In this document: positions 47,286 to 57,217 of the stretch, in pieces
Layout of the letters: the number at the start of each line of letters is the position of its first letter
How positions within the stretch are numbered: the stretch's first letter is position 1
DNA from: an uncultured Gemmatimonadaceae bacterium
GTDB lineage: Bacteria > Gemmatimonadota > Gemmatimonadetes > Gemmatimonadales > Gemmatimonadaceae
Direction of reading: 5' to 3'
Length of the DNA stretch: 64,000 nucleotides
Assembly: GCA_963781585.1 (NCBI GenBank)
Contig: CAWAGQ010000004.1
Location: forward strand, 32,001 to 96,000
The notes under the pieces: model-generated
Told to the model about the DNA's origin: nothing
The model's database searches: none
What the model saw: only the letters and a program-made list of their open reading frames with translations
Program-made: the position numbers and the translations under genes

Positions 47286-48374
47286 ATGCTCATCGATATC
47301 CGCAGCGACACGGTTACCCGCCCAACGGCGGCCATGCGGCTGGCCATGGCCGAGGCGGAGGTTGGTGACGATAACCTCGACGGCGATCCCACGACTCGTC
47401 GGTTGGAGGCCCGGGTTGCGGATGTGCTCGGCAAGGAGCGCGCCCTGTTCTTCCCGAGCGGAACCATGGCGAACCAATGCGCCATCTGGGTCTTGAGCGA
47501 GCCCGGTACGGAAATCCTCGCCGACGCCAATTCGCACATTGTCGATCTCGAGATGGTGGGAGCGGCCGCATTTTCGGGTGTGCAGGCCCGGGTGGTGGCG
47601 GGCGAGGGGCCGATGATGGACGCAACGTCGCTGGCGAGGACCTTTCGCGCGCCAAATCCCCACTCGCCTCGGGCCACACTCGTCTGTCTCGAGGACACGC
47701 ACAACAGCGCCGGGGGAAGAGTCACGCCCGCGGCAGGTCTGGAAGCGATGCACGACGTGACCCGGGCGCACGGGTGCCACGTGCATCTCGATGGTGCCAG
47801 ACTGTGGAATGCGTCCGTGGCCAGCGGCACCCCGCCGGCGGAGTTCGCCCGGTGGGCTGACACGGTGATGGTGTCCTTTTCCAAGGGACTGGGCGCCCCG
47901 GCAGGCGCAATCCTCGCCGGCGACGAAGCGGTGATGCGTAGGGCGGATGAAGCACGGCGACGGCTGGGCGGTGTGATGCGGCAGAGCGGCATCCTCGCGG
48001 CCGGTGCCCTCTACGGCCTCGAGCATCATATCTCGCGACTTGGTGAGGATCATGCGAGGGCGGCGGATTTTGCGCACATCGTCGACCGGGCGATCGCGGC
48101 GGCCGTGGTTCCACCGGAGACGAACATCGTGATGGTGGATCTGGCGCCCGGCCTCGATGCAGCGGATGTCGCCCGGCGTGTCGCCAGGGAAGGTGTTCTG
48201 GTAGGAGTCTGGACGCCGTCGCGGATCCGCGTCGTGCTGCATCTCGACGTGAGCGAAGACGATGCGCGGATCGCCGCCCTCGCGCTGCTCGACGCGCTCG
48301 ACGAGGCGTGGCGCGAGATGGCGGACACGTCGGACTGGCCAGTGGCTGCCGCGGCACCGCGACGCGCGGACTGA
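47286..48374 (+). CDS. ltaE: Low-specificity L-threonine aldolase
   Basis: DIRSDTVTRPT, PSGTMAN, HLDGARLWNA, SFSKGLGAP.G, GGVMRQSG. Confidence 0.9.
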   Translation: MLIDIRSDTVTRPTAAMRLAMAEAEVGDDNLDGDPTTRRLEARVADVLGKERALFFPSGTMANQCAIWVLSEPGTEILADANSHIVDLEMVGAAAFSGVQARVVAGEGPMMDATSLARTFRAPNPHSPRATLVCLEDTHNSAGGRVTPAAGLEAMHDVTRAHGCHVHLDGARLWNASVASGTPPAEFARWADTVMVSFSKGLGAPAGAILAGDEAVMRRADEARRRLGGVMRQSGILAAGALYGLEHHISRLGEDHARAADFAHIVDRAIAAAVVPPETNIVMVDLAPGLDAADVARRVAREGVLVGVWTPSRIRVVLHLDVSEDDARIAALALLDALDEAWREMADTSDWPVAAAAPRRAD

Positions 48375-48447
48375 GTTCTGCGGCGGCGACGCGTGATGGA
48401 TTTCACCCGACCGCTGCCCCGTGCGCCTGCCGCGACGTAGTTTTCAA

Positions 48448-48549
48448 GTGCTCCAGGTCCCGGAGGGCGCGAGCTCGCCAACCCCGTGAGGACCCCGAAG
48501 GTAGCAGCGGTACGCGGTGTCTTGCGTTGCTTCGTCAGACCTGGAGTAT
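48448..48549 (+). ncRNA. ffs: Small bacterial SRP RNA (4.5S)
   Basis: Terminal stem gtgctccaggtc/gacctggagtat; helix-8-like GAGG-acc-CCGAA-ggt-AGCAG; -10 TAGTTT just upstream; position before dnaX. Confidence 0.85.
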
Positions 48550-48668
48550 CGCGCGGGAAAGGACGCACCCGGGTGGGTGAGGTCGCCCGCGCGAATCGTT
48601 TGGTCCGACCGCGAGTCCCGCTGCCCTCCTTCACTGCCGCTGACGCTGTGCGCGGCGCAAATTGACGC

Positions 48669-50540
48669 ATGTCGCTGGCCCTCGCGCGCAAGTACCGGCC
48701 GAAGACGTTCACCGACGTCGCCGTCCAGACGCACGTCTCGAATACGCTGCGCGGCGCCATAGCGCGTGGACGCGTAGCACACGGCTATCTGCTGTGCGGT
48801 CCACGAGGCACGGGCAAGACCACACTCGCACGGGTGCTGGCGATGGCGCTCAACTGCGAGAACCGGCCACGCGGGGGCGCGGAATCCCCCTCTGCCGACC
48901 CGGGAGAGCCATGCGGGATCTGCGACTCGTGCCGTCGCATCTGGAGCGGGGCATCGAGTCTGGACGTGGTAGAGATCGACGCGGCGTCAAACCGTGGAGT
49001 CGAGGACGCCCGCGATCTCCGGGAGCGCGCGATGTACGCACCCTCCGGAGAGTCGCGCTGGAAGGTGTACATCATTGACGAAGCGCACATGCTGACGCGC
49101 GAGGCGTGGAACGCGTTGCTGAAGGTCCTCGAGGAACCGCCCCCCCGCGTGGTGTTCGTCTTCGCCACGACCGAACCCCACAGGATCGCGCAGTTTGCCG
49201 CCCCGGTGCTGAGCCGCCTCCAGCGCTTCGATTTCAGGCGCATCGGGATCGCCGACATCCGCGCGCGCCTGGACTCGGTTCTGCGGCAGGAACAGGTTGC
49301 GGCCGAACCGGACGCCCTGGCGATGATTGCCCGTGCCGCCGATGGCTCGATGCGGGACGCGTTGAGCCTCACCGATCAGGTCATCGCGTTAGGCGGTCAG
49401 ACCGTCACCGCCGAGCATGTCCGTCAGACCCTCGGGCTGGTGGCCGAAGACGAATACCTGGCCTTTCTCGACATCATCGCCGATCGGCGGGCCGCCGACG
49501 TCTTTCCGGCGATTTCCCGGCTCGTGGACGCCGGCGTCGACCTGGGGGTCTTCCTTTCGGGGTTCTCCGAAATGGTGCGGGCGATGCTGGCTGTGAACCT
49601 CGACGCCTCTGCCGGTGACGTGTCCGACCGCGTGCGCGCGGGGCTCGTCGAGCGGAAAGGACGCCTGGCCACCGGAGACCTGCTGCGCATGCTGAACGCG
49701 CTCGCCGAACTCGAGCCGCGATTTCGCCGGAGCACCCAGCAGCAGTTGCTCCTCGAGACCGCGCTGGTGCGCTTCGCCCTCCTGGACCGCACCATTACCC
49801 TCGAGCGGCTGTTGCGCGACCTCGCGGATGCTCCCGGCCCTGCGGTCTCCCCGTCGGATCCCGGCTCAGCACGAGGTGCACCCGGTCCTCGGGAAGGGCA
49901 TCAGTCGGGGAGGTCGGAGAAAGGGGGAGGAGGAGTGGGAGGGAGAGGGGCGGGCGGCGCGAGGCAACTGGCCCCCCCCACCGATTCGCCGGTAGCGGTT
50001 CCGCGCCTTTCGGACGTACCGGCAGCCCTGTCGGGGACACGCGCGCGTATGCCGACGCCTTCTGCGCCGTGGATAACTCTGTCCGCTGCCTCCGATGAGG
50101 TTCAGACGCTCGGCGATGAGCGCGCCGAACCGGGCGACGCGGCCGCAACGGTACACGTCGCCGATCTGAATGCCATCGCGGCTGCCTGGGACGACCTTGT
50201 GGCGTCGGTGCGCCGCGCGCGACCGCTGATTGCCACCTTGCTCGAACACGCGCTGCCAACTGCCGCCAGCGCGACCGGTACGCTGACGATTCTGGTGGAC
50301 TCGGAGACGGTGCACGAAGGGCTCAAGGCGACCATGGGGGATACGATTTCTCTCCTGCGTTCGAGGATCGCCGGGCTCCAGCGAATCGTCGTTCGATGCG
50401 GCGACGAGTCAGGGGAGGCGCGCGCCGCGTCACGCATGACAGCGGCCAGCGTGCGCTCGGACACCCTGACATCGATGCGGAAGCGCGATCCCGTTCTGGC
50501 GGCCGCGATCGACGCGCTCGACCTGGAGCTTGCGGACTAA
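48669..50540 (+). CDS. dnaX: DNA polymerase III subunit gamma/tau
   Basis: LARKYRP, GPRGTGKTT, EIDAASNRG, IIDEAHML, LLKVLEEPP, GSMRDALS. Confidence 0.97.
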   Translation: MSLALARKYRPKTFTDVAVQTHVSNTLRGAIARGRVAHGYLLCGPRGTGKTTLARVLAMALNCENRPRGGAESPSADPGEPCGICDSCRRIWSGASSLDVVEIDAASNRGVEDARDLRERAMYAPSGESRWKVYIIDEAHMLTREAWNALLKVLEEPPPRVVFVFATTEPHRIAQFAAPVLSRLQRFDFRRIGIADIRARLDSVLRQEQVAAEPDALAMIARAADGSMRDALSLTDQVIALGGQTVTAEHVRQTLGLVAEDEYLAFLDIIADRRAADVFPAISRLVDAGVDLGVFLSGFSEMVRAMLAVNLDASAGDVSDRVRAGLVERKGRLATGDLLRMLNALAELEPRFRRSTQQQLLLETALVRFALLDRTITLERLLRDLADAPGPAVSPSDPGSARGAPGPREGHQSGRSEKGGGGVGGRGAGGARQLAPPTDSPVAVPRLSDVPAALSGTRARMPTPSAPWITLSAASDEVQTLGDERAEPGDAAATVHVADLNAIAAAWDDLVASVRRARPLIATLLEHALPTAASATGTLTILVDSETVHEGLKATMGDTISLLRSRIAGLQRIVVRCGDESGEARAASRMTAASVRSDTLTSMRKRDPVLAAAIDALDLELAD

Positions 50541-50608
50541 CGCGCTTGCCCCGGTCTCAACAACTCAGGTAACTTGCGTTCCTCTCACCAGTTGCGGGCG
50601 CGACGCGC

Positions 50609-50923
50609 ATGGCGGACCTGTTCAAGATCATGCAGCAGGTGCAACAGATGCAGGGCCGGCTGCAACAGATGCAGGACGAGCTCCAGCAGAAGACGGTCTC
50701 CGGCACCGCCGGCGGCGGCATGGTTACCGTGGAGGCCGATGGCCGCGGACACGTCCGGTCGATCAGGATCGACCCGTCCGCGGTGACTCAATCCGACCTG
50801 GAAATGCTGGAGGATCTCATCGTCGTGGCGGTGAACGATGCCCGGGCAAAGGCCACCGATCTGGCGCAGGTGGAGATGGGTAAGGTGACCGGGGGTATGG
50901 ACTTGCCGTTCAAGCTCCCGTGA
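50609..50923 (+). CDS. ybaB: YbaB/EbfC nucleoid-associated protein
   Basis: Q-rich N-terminus, GTAGGGMVTV, EMLEDLIVVAVNDA; between dnaX and recR. Confidence 0.93.
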   Translation: MADLFKIMQQVQQMQGRLQQMQDELQQKTVSGTAGGGMVTVEADGRGHVRSIRIDPSAVTQSDLEMLEDLIVVAVNDARAKATDLAQVEMGKVTGGMDLPFKLP

Positions 50924-51032
50924 TGCAGGGGGCGACGTCCGCGCGGCTTGGTGTTGCCGTGGGGCGCCGTGTCATCACGCCTCCAGGGTGGGGTCACTGG
51001 TTTCAGGTGGCCAGTGTTGGCGAGGTAGGATC

Positions 51033-51623
51033 ATGTCAGCGATAGACGATCTGGCCACGGAGCTTGCCAGGCTGCCCGGGATCGGACGCAAGACGGCGTT
51101 ACGGCTCACGTACCACCTGCTCAAGCAGCCGCGGGAGCAGGGTTTGCGCCTTGCACGGGTGCTCGAGACCCTGGCCGTGCGCGTACGCCACTGTGATCGC
51201 TGTTTCAACCTCACCGAGGACACGCTCTGCGCGGTCTGTCGTGATCCACGTCGTGACCAGAGCGTTATCTGCGCCGTCGAAGAAGCGTCAGATATCGGCG
51301 CCATCGAGCGATCGGCGGAATACCACGGGGTCTACCATGTCCTCGGGGGCCGCCTTGCTCCGCTCGACGGAGTCACACCGGAGGATCTGACAGTCGCGCG
51401 CCTGGTGGCGCGCGTACGGGAGGGGGGTGTACGCGAGGTGATTACGGCGACAAATCCGAGCGTCGAAGGGGAAGCCACGGCGCTGTATGTGCAGGAGTCC
51501 CTGGCCGGCCTGGGGGTGCGCGTGACGCGCATCGCGCGGGGCCTGCCGGTGGGAGGTGACCTGGAGTACGCAGACGGGGTGACAATCGCGCAGGCGCTCG
51601 CGGCGCGCCGCGAGATGGCGTGA
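51033..51623 (+). CDS. recR: Recombination mediator RecR
   Basis: LPGIGRKTA, CDRC...CAVC, YHVLGG, ATNPSVEGEATA, GLPVGGDLEYAD. Confidence 0.97.
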   Translation: MSAIDDLATELARLPGIGRKTALRLTYHLLKQPREQGLRLARVLETLAVRVRHCDRCFNLTEDTLCAVCRDPRRDQSVICAVEEASDIGAIERSAEYHGVYHVLGGRLAPLDGVTPEDLTVARLVARVREGGVREVITATNPSVEGEATALYVQESLAGLGVRVTRIARGLPVGGDLEYADGVTIAQALAARREMA

Positions 51624-51749
51624 ACACCGTTCAGCGGGAGAGTGGCGTCGACAGGGCAGGGGGAGGCCAGCGGACCGGGCTCCCCGGCACGCGGACGCAG
51701 GCGCTCGTGCTCCGGGCGCTGACTACCTAACGACGAGCGACACACACCA

Positions 51750-52238
51750 ATGCCGATTGGGGCAACCAGCTGGACGTTCACCCAGGATGATAACGACGCC
51801 ATCACGCGCCTGATGCAGGCGTTCCTGCACGCGACCGACGCGCGCTGCGCGCTGCTGGTGGACCGGAGCGGCCAGCTGGTCACGACCGCGGGAGAGCGCC
51901 CGACCTTCGACCCCACGGCGTTCGCGACCCTGACCGCCGCGGACTTCAGCGCCAACGATCAACTGGCCCGTCTGGTCGGCGAGACCGATTTCTCCACCCT
52001 CTTTCACCAGGGTGAGCGCGAATCGATGCTGCTGGCCGACGTCGGCCGGAAGGTGATCTTCGTCGTCCTGTTCGACACGCGCACGACGCTGGGGCTCGTC
52101 CGGCTGCGGATGCGCGGCACCGTCGAGGAGCTCGCGCGGCTGCTCGACTCCATTCTCGCCCGAAGCAGTGCGCCCGGCGCTCAGCGCCCCGCGTTGCTCG
52201 CGGACGCCGATGACGAAATCGATCGACTCTTTCAGTAG
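51750..52238 (+). CDS. mglB: Roadblock/LC7 protein, MglB-type GAP
   Basis: ALLVDRSGQL, LARLVGETDFSTLFHQGE, TTLGLVRL, acidic DDEIDRLF tail; adjacent to mglA. Confidence 0.9.
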   Translation: MPIGATSWTFTQDDNDAITRLMQAFLHATDARCALLVDRSGQLVTTAGERPTFDPTAFATLTAADFSANDQLARLVGETDFSTLFHQGERESMLLADVGRKVIFVVLFDTRTTLGLVRLRMRGTVEELARLLDSILARSSAPGAQRPALLADADDEIDRLFQ

Positions 52239-52253
52239 CCCGGGGCGCGTCGC

Positions 52254-52931
52254 ATGTCGATGATCAACTACGCCTCGCGCGAGATCAACTGCAAGATCGT
52301 CTATTACGGCCCGGGACTGGGCGGCAAGACCACCAATCTCGAACACGTCTACAAGAAGGTCGCCCCGAGCACGCGCGGGAAGCTCATCTCACTCGCCACC
52401 GAGACCGAACGCACGCTGTTCTTCGATTTCCTACCGGTCGACCTCGGAACCATTCGCGGCTTCAAGACGCGCTTCCACCTGTACACGGTGCCCGGACAGG
52501 TGTACTACAACGCGAGTCGAAAACTCATCCTGAAAGGCGTGGACGGGATCGTGTTCGTGGCCGACTCCCAGCTTGACCGGATGGAAGCCAATCAGGAGTC
52601 GATGCAGAACCTGTACGACAACATGTCGGAGTACGGCTACGACCTCACACGCATGCCGTTTGTCATTCAATACAACAAGCGGGATCTCCCGAACGCCGCC
52701 CGACTGGCCGAACTGCAGACCGCGCTCAATCCCGGATGGGAGCTCGGCGAACCCGACCGGCAACGACTGGCTCCCGACCCCTACCATGCCGGGGAGTTTC
52801 TCACCTCCCGCCTGGACACAGGTGAATGGATCGAGCGAGCGACGTATTTTGAGGCTGTTGCCGTGACGGGCGAAGGCGTATTCGATACCTTGAAGGCCAT
52901 CTCGAAACTGGTGCTGAAGTCGCTCAGCTAG
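52254..52931 (+). CDS. mglA: Small Ras-like GTPase MglA
   Basis: [47 protein letters not shown]. Confidence 0.95.
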   Translation: MSMINYASREINCKIVYYGPGLGGKTTNLEHVYKKVAPSTRGKLISLATETERTLFFDFLPVDLGTIRGFKTRFHLYTVPGQVYYNASRKLILKGVDGIVFVADSQLDRMEANQESMQNLYDNMSEYGYDLTRMPFVIQYNKRDLPNAARLAELQTALNPGWELGEPDRQRLAPDPYHAGEFLTSRLDTGEWIERATYFEAVAVTGEGVFDTLKAISKLVLKSLS

Positions 52932-53048
52932 GGGCGCACAGCGCGCCGGGGGGCGACGGGAGCATTGGTGTAAAGGTCGGAACAGTCGTTTTGGGGCGGT
53001 GTCGCTTGCGCCGCCCGACGGAGCGACAGCAGCCGGATTCGGAGATCG

Positions 53049-53789
53049 ATGAATCTGCCCAACGCCCTCACGGTCGGGCGCATCGCCGCCACACCGCTGA
53101 TCGCCGCCCTGGTGATCAACGCGGGATGGCAACCTCGGCTTTCCGCCTGGGTGCTCTACATCGCGGCGGCAGTCACCGACTACATAGACGGCAAGATGGC
53201 GCGCGATCGGAACCTGGTCACTAACCTGGGGAAGCTACTCGATCCGCTGGCAGACAAGCTCCTCCTGATCGCCACACTGGTGCCGATGTACCTCCTGATG
53301 CGTGACGTCGCCTTCTTCTCGTCGCTTCCACGGCACGATGCCTGGGCGGCCGGCGCGACGGTGGGACCCGTTCTGGCAGGGACATCGGGGTCGCGACTGG
53401 CCTTTCCGTTTGTGACGCCGTTCGGTCTCGTCGGCCTTCCCGTCTGGATCATGGTCCTCGTTCTGGGGCGCGAGCTCTTCATGACGGCGTTCCGGCAGTT
53501 CGCGGCGCATCGAGGCATCATCATCGCCGCCATCGGCCCCGCGAAACTCAAGACGATCTTCCAGTCGATCTGGGTGGGTGCAGCGTTCTTCTGGTTCATG
53601 GCCGCGACCGCTGCGTCGGAACATCGCTGGCATGGCGCCGCCTGGAACGCCTTTGCCATGTTCAACGGGACCGTGGGCACCCTCTCGATGGTGCTGGCTG
53701 TCGGCCTGACGATTTACTCCCTGGCGCTCTATCTGCAGCGGTATGGCGGCCTCCTTCTCCGGCCCGCTGGGGTCCGGCGCGCGCAGTGA
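53049..53789 (+). CDS. pgsA: CDP-alcohol phosphatidyltransferase (PgsA-like)
   Basis: NLPNALT..RI; TDYIDGKMAR...LGKLLDPLADK. Confidence 0.85.
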   Translation: MNLPNALTVGRIAATPLIAALVINAGWQPRLSAWVLYIAAAVTDYIDGKMARDRNLVTNLGKLLDPLADKLLLIATLVPMYLLMRDVAFFSSLPRHDAWAAGATVGPVLAGTSGSRLAFPFVTPFGLVGLPVWIMVLVLGRELFMTAFRQFAAHRGIIIAAIGPAKLKTIFQSIWVGAAFFWFMAATAASEHRWHGAAWNAFAMFNGTVGTLSMVLAVGLTIYSLALYLQRYGGLLLRPAGVRRAQ

Positions 53790-53828
53790 TGCTGCGGGCG
53801 AGAAGAGCAGTTTCCCGTTATCAGGTGC

Positions 53829-53939
53829 CAGCGTTCAGCGATCAGCCTTCAACGGACAGGTGATCCGACTGCTGTCGCTCACCTGCCCAATCAACGCTGC
53901 CCCCAGATCGCTGAACGCTGACCGCCGAAAGCGGACCGC
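53829..53939. repeat. Heptamer tandem repeats arranged as a long inverted repeat
   Basis: cagcgtt-cagcgat-cagcctt-caacgga and gatcgct-gaacgct-gaccgcc-gaaagcg-gaccgct; perfect 15-bp IR 53829-53843/53905-53919. Confidence 0.7.
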
Positions 53940-53945
53940 TGGTCC

Positions 53946-55202
53946 ATGAACGTCGAACTGGTCACGATCGGCGATGAGTTGCTGCTCGGCGAGACGGTCG
54001 ACGGGAATGCCGTGTGGCTGGCGCGGGAACTCGGTGCCCTCGGCGTTATGGTCGTCAGGCGGACGACGGTGGGCGACGAGGCCCGCGACATTGCCGACGC
54101 CGTACGGGGCGCGCTCGATCGGACCGGCGCGGTTATCACGACCGGCGGCCTCGGTCCCACCGCCGACGATCGCACCAAGCCGGCCATCGCGGCGCTGTTC
54201 GGACGCACCCTGACCTTCAACGCCGACCTCTGGGAGGGACTGCGGCGCCTCTGGCGTATGCGCGGCCGTTCCGGCGAACCGCCGGAGGCCAATCGGCAGC
54301 AGGTGATGATTCCTGCCGGAGCCACGATCCTGTCGAACCGTCATGGCACGGCCCCGGCGATCCTGCTGTCCGACGAGGCGGACCGATGGGTCGCCATGCT
54401 CCCGGGTGTGCCGCGCGAGATGCGCGGTATCCTCGCCGACGAACTGATCCCGTGGCTGCGCCAGCGCATGAGCGGGCCGCCACAGGTCATACGCTCACTC
54501 GTCCTTCGCACCACGGGGGTGGCCGAATCGCTTCTCGCGGACCAACTCGCTGAGGACGCAGTGGGGTTTCCGGGGGTTTCGCTGGCTTATCTTCCGGGCC
54601 AGGAGGGCGTGGACCTGCGGCTCACGGTGCGCAGCGTTCCACCGGGCGAGGCCGACGCGCTGCTCGAGCAGGCCGCGGCGCGGCTTCGGGAGCGCCTTGG
54701 TCGCCGACTCTACGCCGAGGGTTCGGTGGACCTCGCGGCCGTGGTGCTGGCGCGGTGCCGCGCGAGCGGCCTGCACCTGGCGGTGGCAGAGAGCTGCACC
54801 GGTGGATTGCTCGGAGCCCGCCTAACGTCGATTCCCGGGTCGAGCGACGTGGTCCTGGGCGGCGTGATCGCCTACGCCAACGACGTCAAGACGGCCCTGG
54901 GCGGCGTCAGTGACGAGATCCTCCAGCGGCACGGCGCGGTGAGCGAGGAAGTGGCTCGCGAGATGGCGGCCGGCGTTCGGGCCGCGCTCGGCGCCGAGAT
55001 TGGCGTCGGCATTACCGGCATCGCTGGACCAGGAGGAGGCACGCCTGACAAGCCGGTCGGGCTGGTCTTCATCGCGGTACAGTTCGATATGCAAGCTCGC
55101 GCCTACGGGGGGCAGTTCGTCGGGGACCGCGCTGAAATCCGCTTTCGCGCTACCCAGGCCGCGCTCGACATGATCCGTCGCGGACTCGACGGCCCGGCGT
55201 AG
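53946..55202 (+). CDS. cinA: Competence/damage-inducible protein CinA (MocF domain + NMN deamidase PncC)
   Basis: IGDELLLG, TTGGLGPTADD, LPGVPREM, AESCTGG, HGAVS, TGIAGPGG. Confidence 0.95.
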   Translation: MNVELVTIGDELLLGETVDGNAVWLARELGALGVMVVRRTTVGDEARDIADAVRGALDRTGAVITTGGLGPTADDRTKPAIAALFGRTLTFNADLWEGLRRLWRMRGRSGEPPEANRQQVMIPAGATILSNRHGTAPAILLSDEADRWVAMLPGVPREMRGILADELIPWLRQRMSGPPQVIRSLVLRTTGVAESLLADQLAEDAVGFPGVSLAYLPGQEGVDLRLTVRSVPPGEADALLEQAAARLRERLGRRLYAEGSVDLAAVVLARCRASGLHLAVAESCTGGLLGARLTSIPGSSDVVLGGVIAYANDVKTALGGVSDEILQRHGAVSEEVAREMAAGVRAALGAEIGVGITGIAGPGGGTPDKPVGLVFIAVQFDMQARAYGGQFVGDRAEIRFRATQAALDMIRRGLDGPA

Positions 55203-55403
55203 CGGCGTGGCAGCGCGCACCCAGCATTCGGGCTGGCGTTCTGCCGAATCGACGCGCTCCGTCGGCATGAGCGTTGCGAGCCGCTGACCTGGTGTCGAGA
55301 TTTCTCTCGATATCGGGCGAGATGCCAGCCGCGTTCGACGGCCGGTTACCCCGACTCTGGATCCGCTGACACTCGGAGGGTCAATCCTCCGTTCTCGATC
55401 AAC

Positions 55404-56063
55404 ATGGACAAACGTCGATTCAAGGACAGACTGCGCGAGACGGGTGAGGACCTCGCCGCCGACCCGGCGGGCGCGTCGGGAGGGGGCGCAGCAGATGGGC
55501 GTCACGCCGATGCCGGGGAGAATCCCGATCAGGCGCCGGAACCGGAATCGGACCTCGGCGCTATTCTCCCGGACCCCAGGGACGCCTCCGTGGCATCGCC
55601 GCAGAGTGTGGAGGTCGGGCTCGAGCGCGACCTGAAGGAACAGCAGGAGAGGTACCTTCGCCTCGCTGCCGAATTCGACAACTACCGGAAGCGCAGCGCA
55701 CGGGAACGGCAGGAGGCCGGCTGGCGTGCCCAGAGTGATCTCGTTCTCGGGCTGATCGAGTCGCTCGATGATATCATGCGGTTCGCGCACGTGGATCCCT
55801 CGACTGTCGACGTGCACACCGTCGTCCAGGGCGTCGCGCTCGTCGAGAAGAAGATCTTCAAGACGCTTGGTGGTCACGGCCTCGAGGTCGTCAATCCGGT
55901 CGACCAGCTGTTCGATCCCGCATTCCACGAGGCGGTGGGCACTGAACCCGCCCTGTCGCGCGAAGACGATCATCTCGTCGCCAAGGTCTATCAGCCGGGC
56001 TACGTGTTCCGAGGTCAGCTGCTCCGACCGGCACGCGTGGTGGTCAGGCAATGGCTCGACTGA
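55404..56063 (+). CDS. grpE: Nucleotide exchange factor GrpE
   Basis: YLRLAAEFDNYRKR, FDPAFHEAV, GY...LLRPARVVV. Confidence 0.95.
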   Translation: MDKRRFKDRLRETGEDLAADPAGASGGGAADGRHADAGENPDQAPEPESDLGAILPDPRDASVASPQSVEVGLERDLKEQQERYLRLAAEFDNYRKRSARERQEAGWRAQSDLVLGLIESLDDIMRFAHVDPSTVDVHTVVQGVALVEKKIFKTLGGHGLEVVNPVDQLFDPAFHEAVGTEPALSREDDHLVAKVYQPGYVFRGQLLRPARVVVRQWLD

Positions 56064-56080
56064 TCGCTCGCTAGGTCGCG

Positions 56081-57217
56081 ATGGCCCAGACAAAGGACTT
56101 CTACTCCGTTCTCGGCGTCTCCTCCACAGCGTCGCAGGACGAGATCAAGAAGGCGTACCGTCGCCTTGCAAAGCGATACCATCCGGACGCCAATCAGAAC
56201 GACCCGAAGGCCGCCGACCGATTCAAGGGAATCTCGGAGGCGTATCAGGTCGTCGGTGACGCGGAAAAGCGAAAGCAGTACGACGACATGCGGCGATATG
56301 GCGCCTTCTCCGGTGGTTTCAGTGGTGGTCGTCCCCGGCCCGGCGGCGCCGGCCCGCGACCGGGCGCGCCGGGCGGCGATTCGGGCAATTTTCAGTGGCA
56401 GGGATTCGACATCGGGGGACTGGGGGGCCTGGGAGACCTGTTCAGTTCGATCTTCAGCGGTGGTGTGCGCGGCTCCGGTCGCTCGCGAGGCGCCGAGACC
56501 GGACAGAGCGTGGAGACCACGCTCGAGGTCCCCTTTCGAGTGGCCGCGCTCGGCGGCAAGGTACCGATCGAGCTTGAGGTGACCGAAGAATGCCCCGTAT
56601 GCCACGGAACGGGAGCGGCTCCGGGAGCGAGCGTGAAGGTTTGTCCCGAATGCTCCGGGCGCGGTGTCATTTCATTCGGCCAGGGTGGATTCGCGGTCAA
56701 TCGACCGTGCCCGCTCTGCATGGGCCGCGGTCAGATTCCGACGGACCGGTGCCCGACCTGCGACGGCGCCGGAGAAGTCCGTACACGCAAGAAGGTGGTC
56801 ATCTCGGTGCCCCCCGGCACCGACAGCGGGATGAAGGTCCGCGTGAAGGGGCAGGGAGGCAGCGGCAGGTCCGGCGGTGCCGCCGGCGATCTGCTCATCA
56901 CGTTTCAGGTGCTCCCCGACAAGTTCTACCGGCGCGAGGGGACAGACCTGATCGCACCCGTCCCGCTCAACATCGCGCAGGCGACGTTAGGCACGAAGAT
57001 CAGCGTGCGCACACTGGACGGCAAACGCGTTGCGATCCGCATTCCCGCCGGCACGCCGTCGGGAAAGCGCTTCCGGGTGCGCGGTCACGGGATCGCGAAG
57101 GATGGGCGCCGAGGCGATCTCATCGTGGAGACCACCATTACCGTTCCCGAGAAGCTGTCCGAGGAGCAGGAGCGGAAGATGCGCGAATTCGCGGAAGCCG
57201 GCGGTCTGAAGTTCTAG
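56081..57217 (+). CDS. dnaJ: Chaperone DnaJ
   Basis: J domain with HPD, G/F region, four CxxCxGxG repeats. Confidence 0.96.
   Translation: MAQTKDFYSVLGVSSTASQDEIKKAYRRLAKRYHPDANQNDPKAADRFKGISEAYQVVGDAEKRKQYDDMRRYGAFSGGFSGGRPRPGGAGPRPGAPGGDSGNFQWQGFDIGGLGGLGDLFSSIFSGGVRGSGRSRGAETGQSVETTLEVPFRVAALGGKVPIELEVTEECPVCHGTGAAPGASVKVCPECSGRGVISFGQGGFAVNRPCPLCMGRGQIPTDRCPTCDGAGEVRTRKKVVISVPPGTDSGMKVRVKGQGGSGRSGGAAGDLLITFQVLPDKFYRREGTDLIAPVPLNIAQATLGTKISVRTLDGKRVAIRIPAGTPSGKRFRVRGHGIAKDGRRGDLIVETTITVPEKLSEEQERKMREFAEAGGLKF

Noticed and set aside
49915..49955. Purine-rich tract in dnaX as a programmed frameshift site
   Set aside because: In-frame codons GAG AAA GGG GGA do not form an X XXY YYZ slippery heptamer or long homopolymer; explained as a Gly-rich linker
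55203..55403. CIRCE/HAIR operator upstream of grpE-dnaJ
   Set aside because: Only a half-site-like CTGACACTC and a short tcgaga/tctcga palindrome; neither consensus is met
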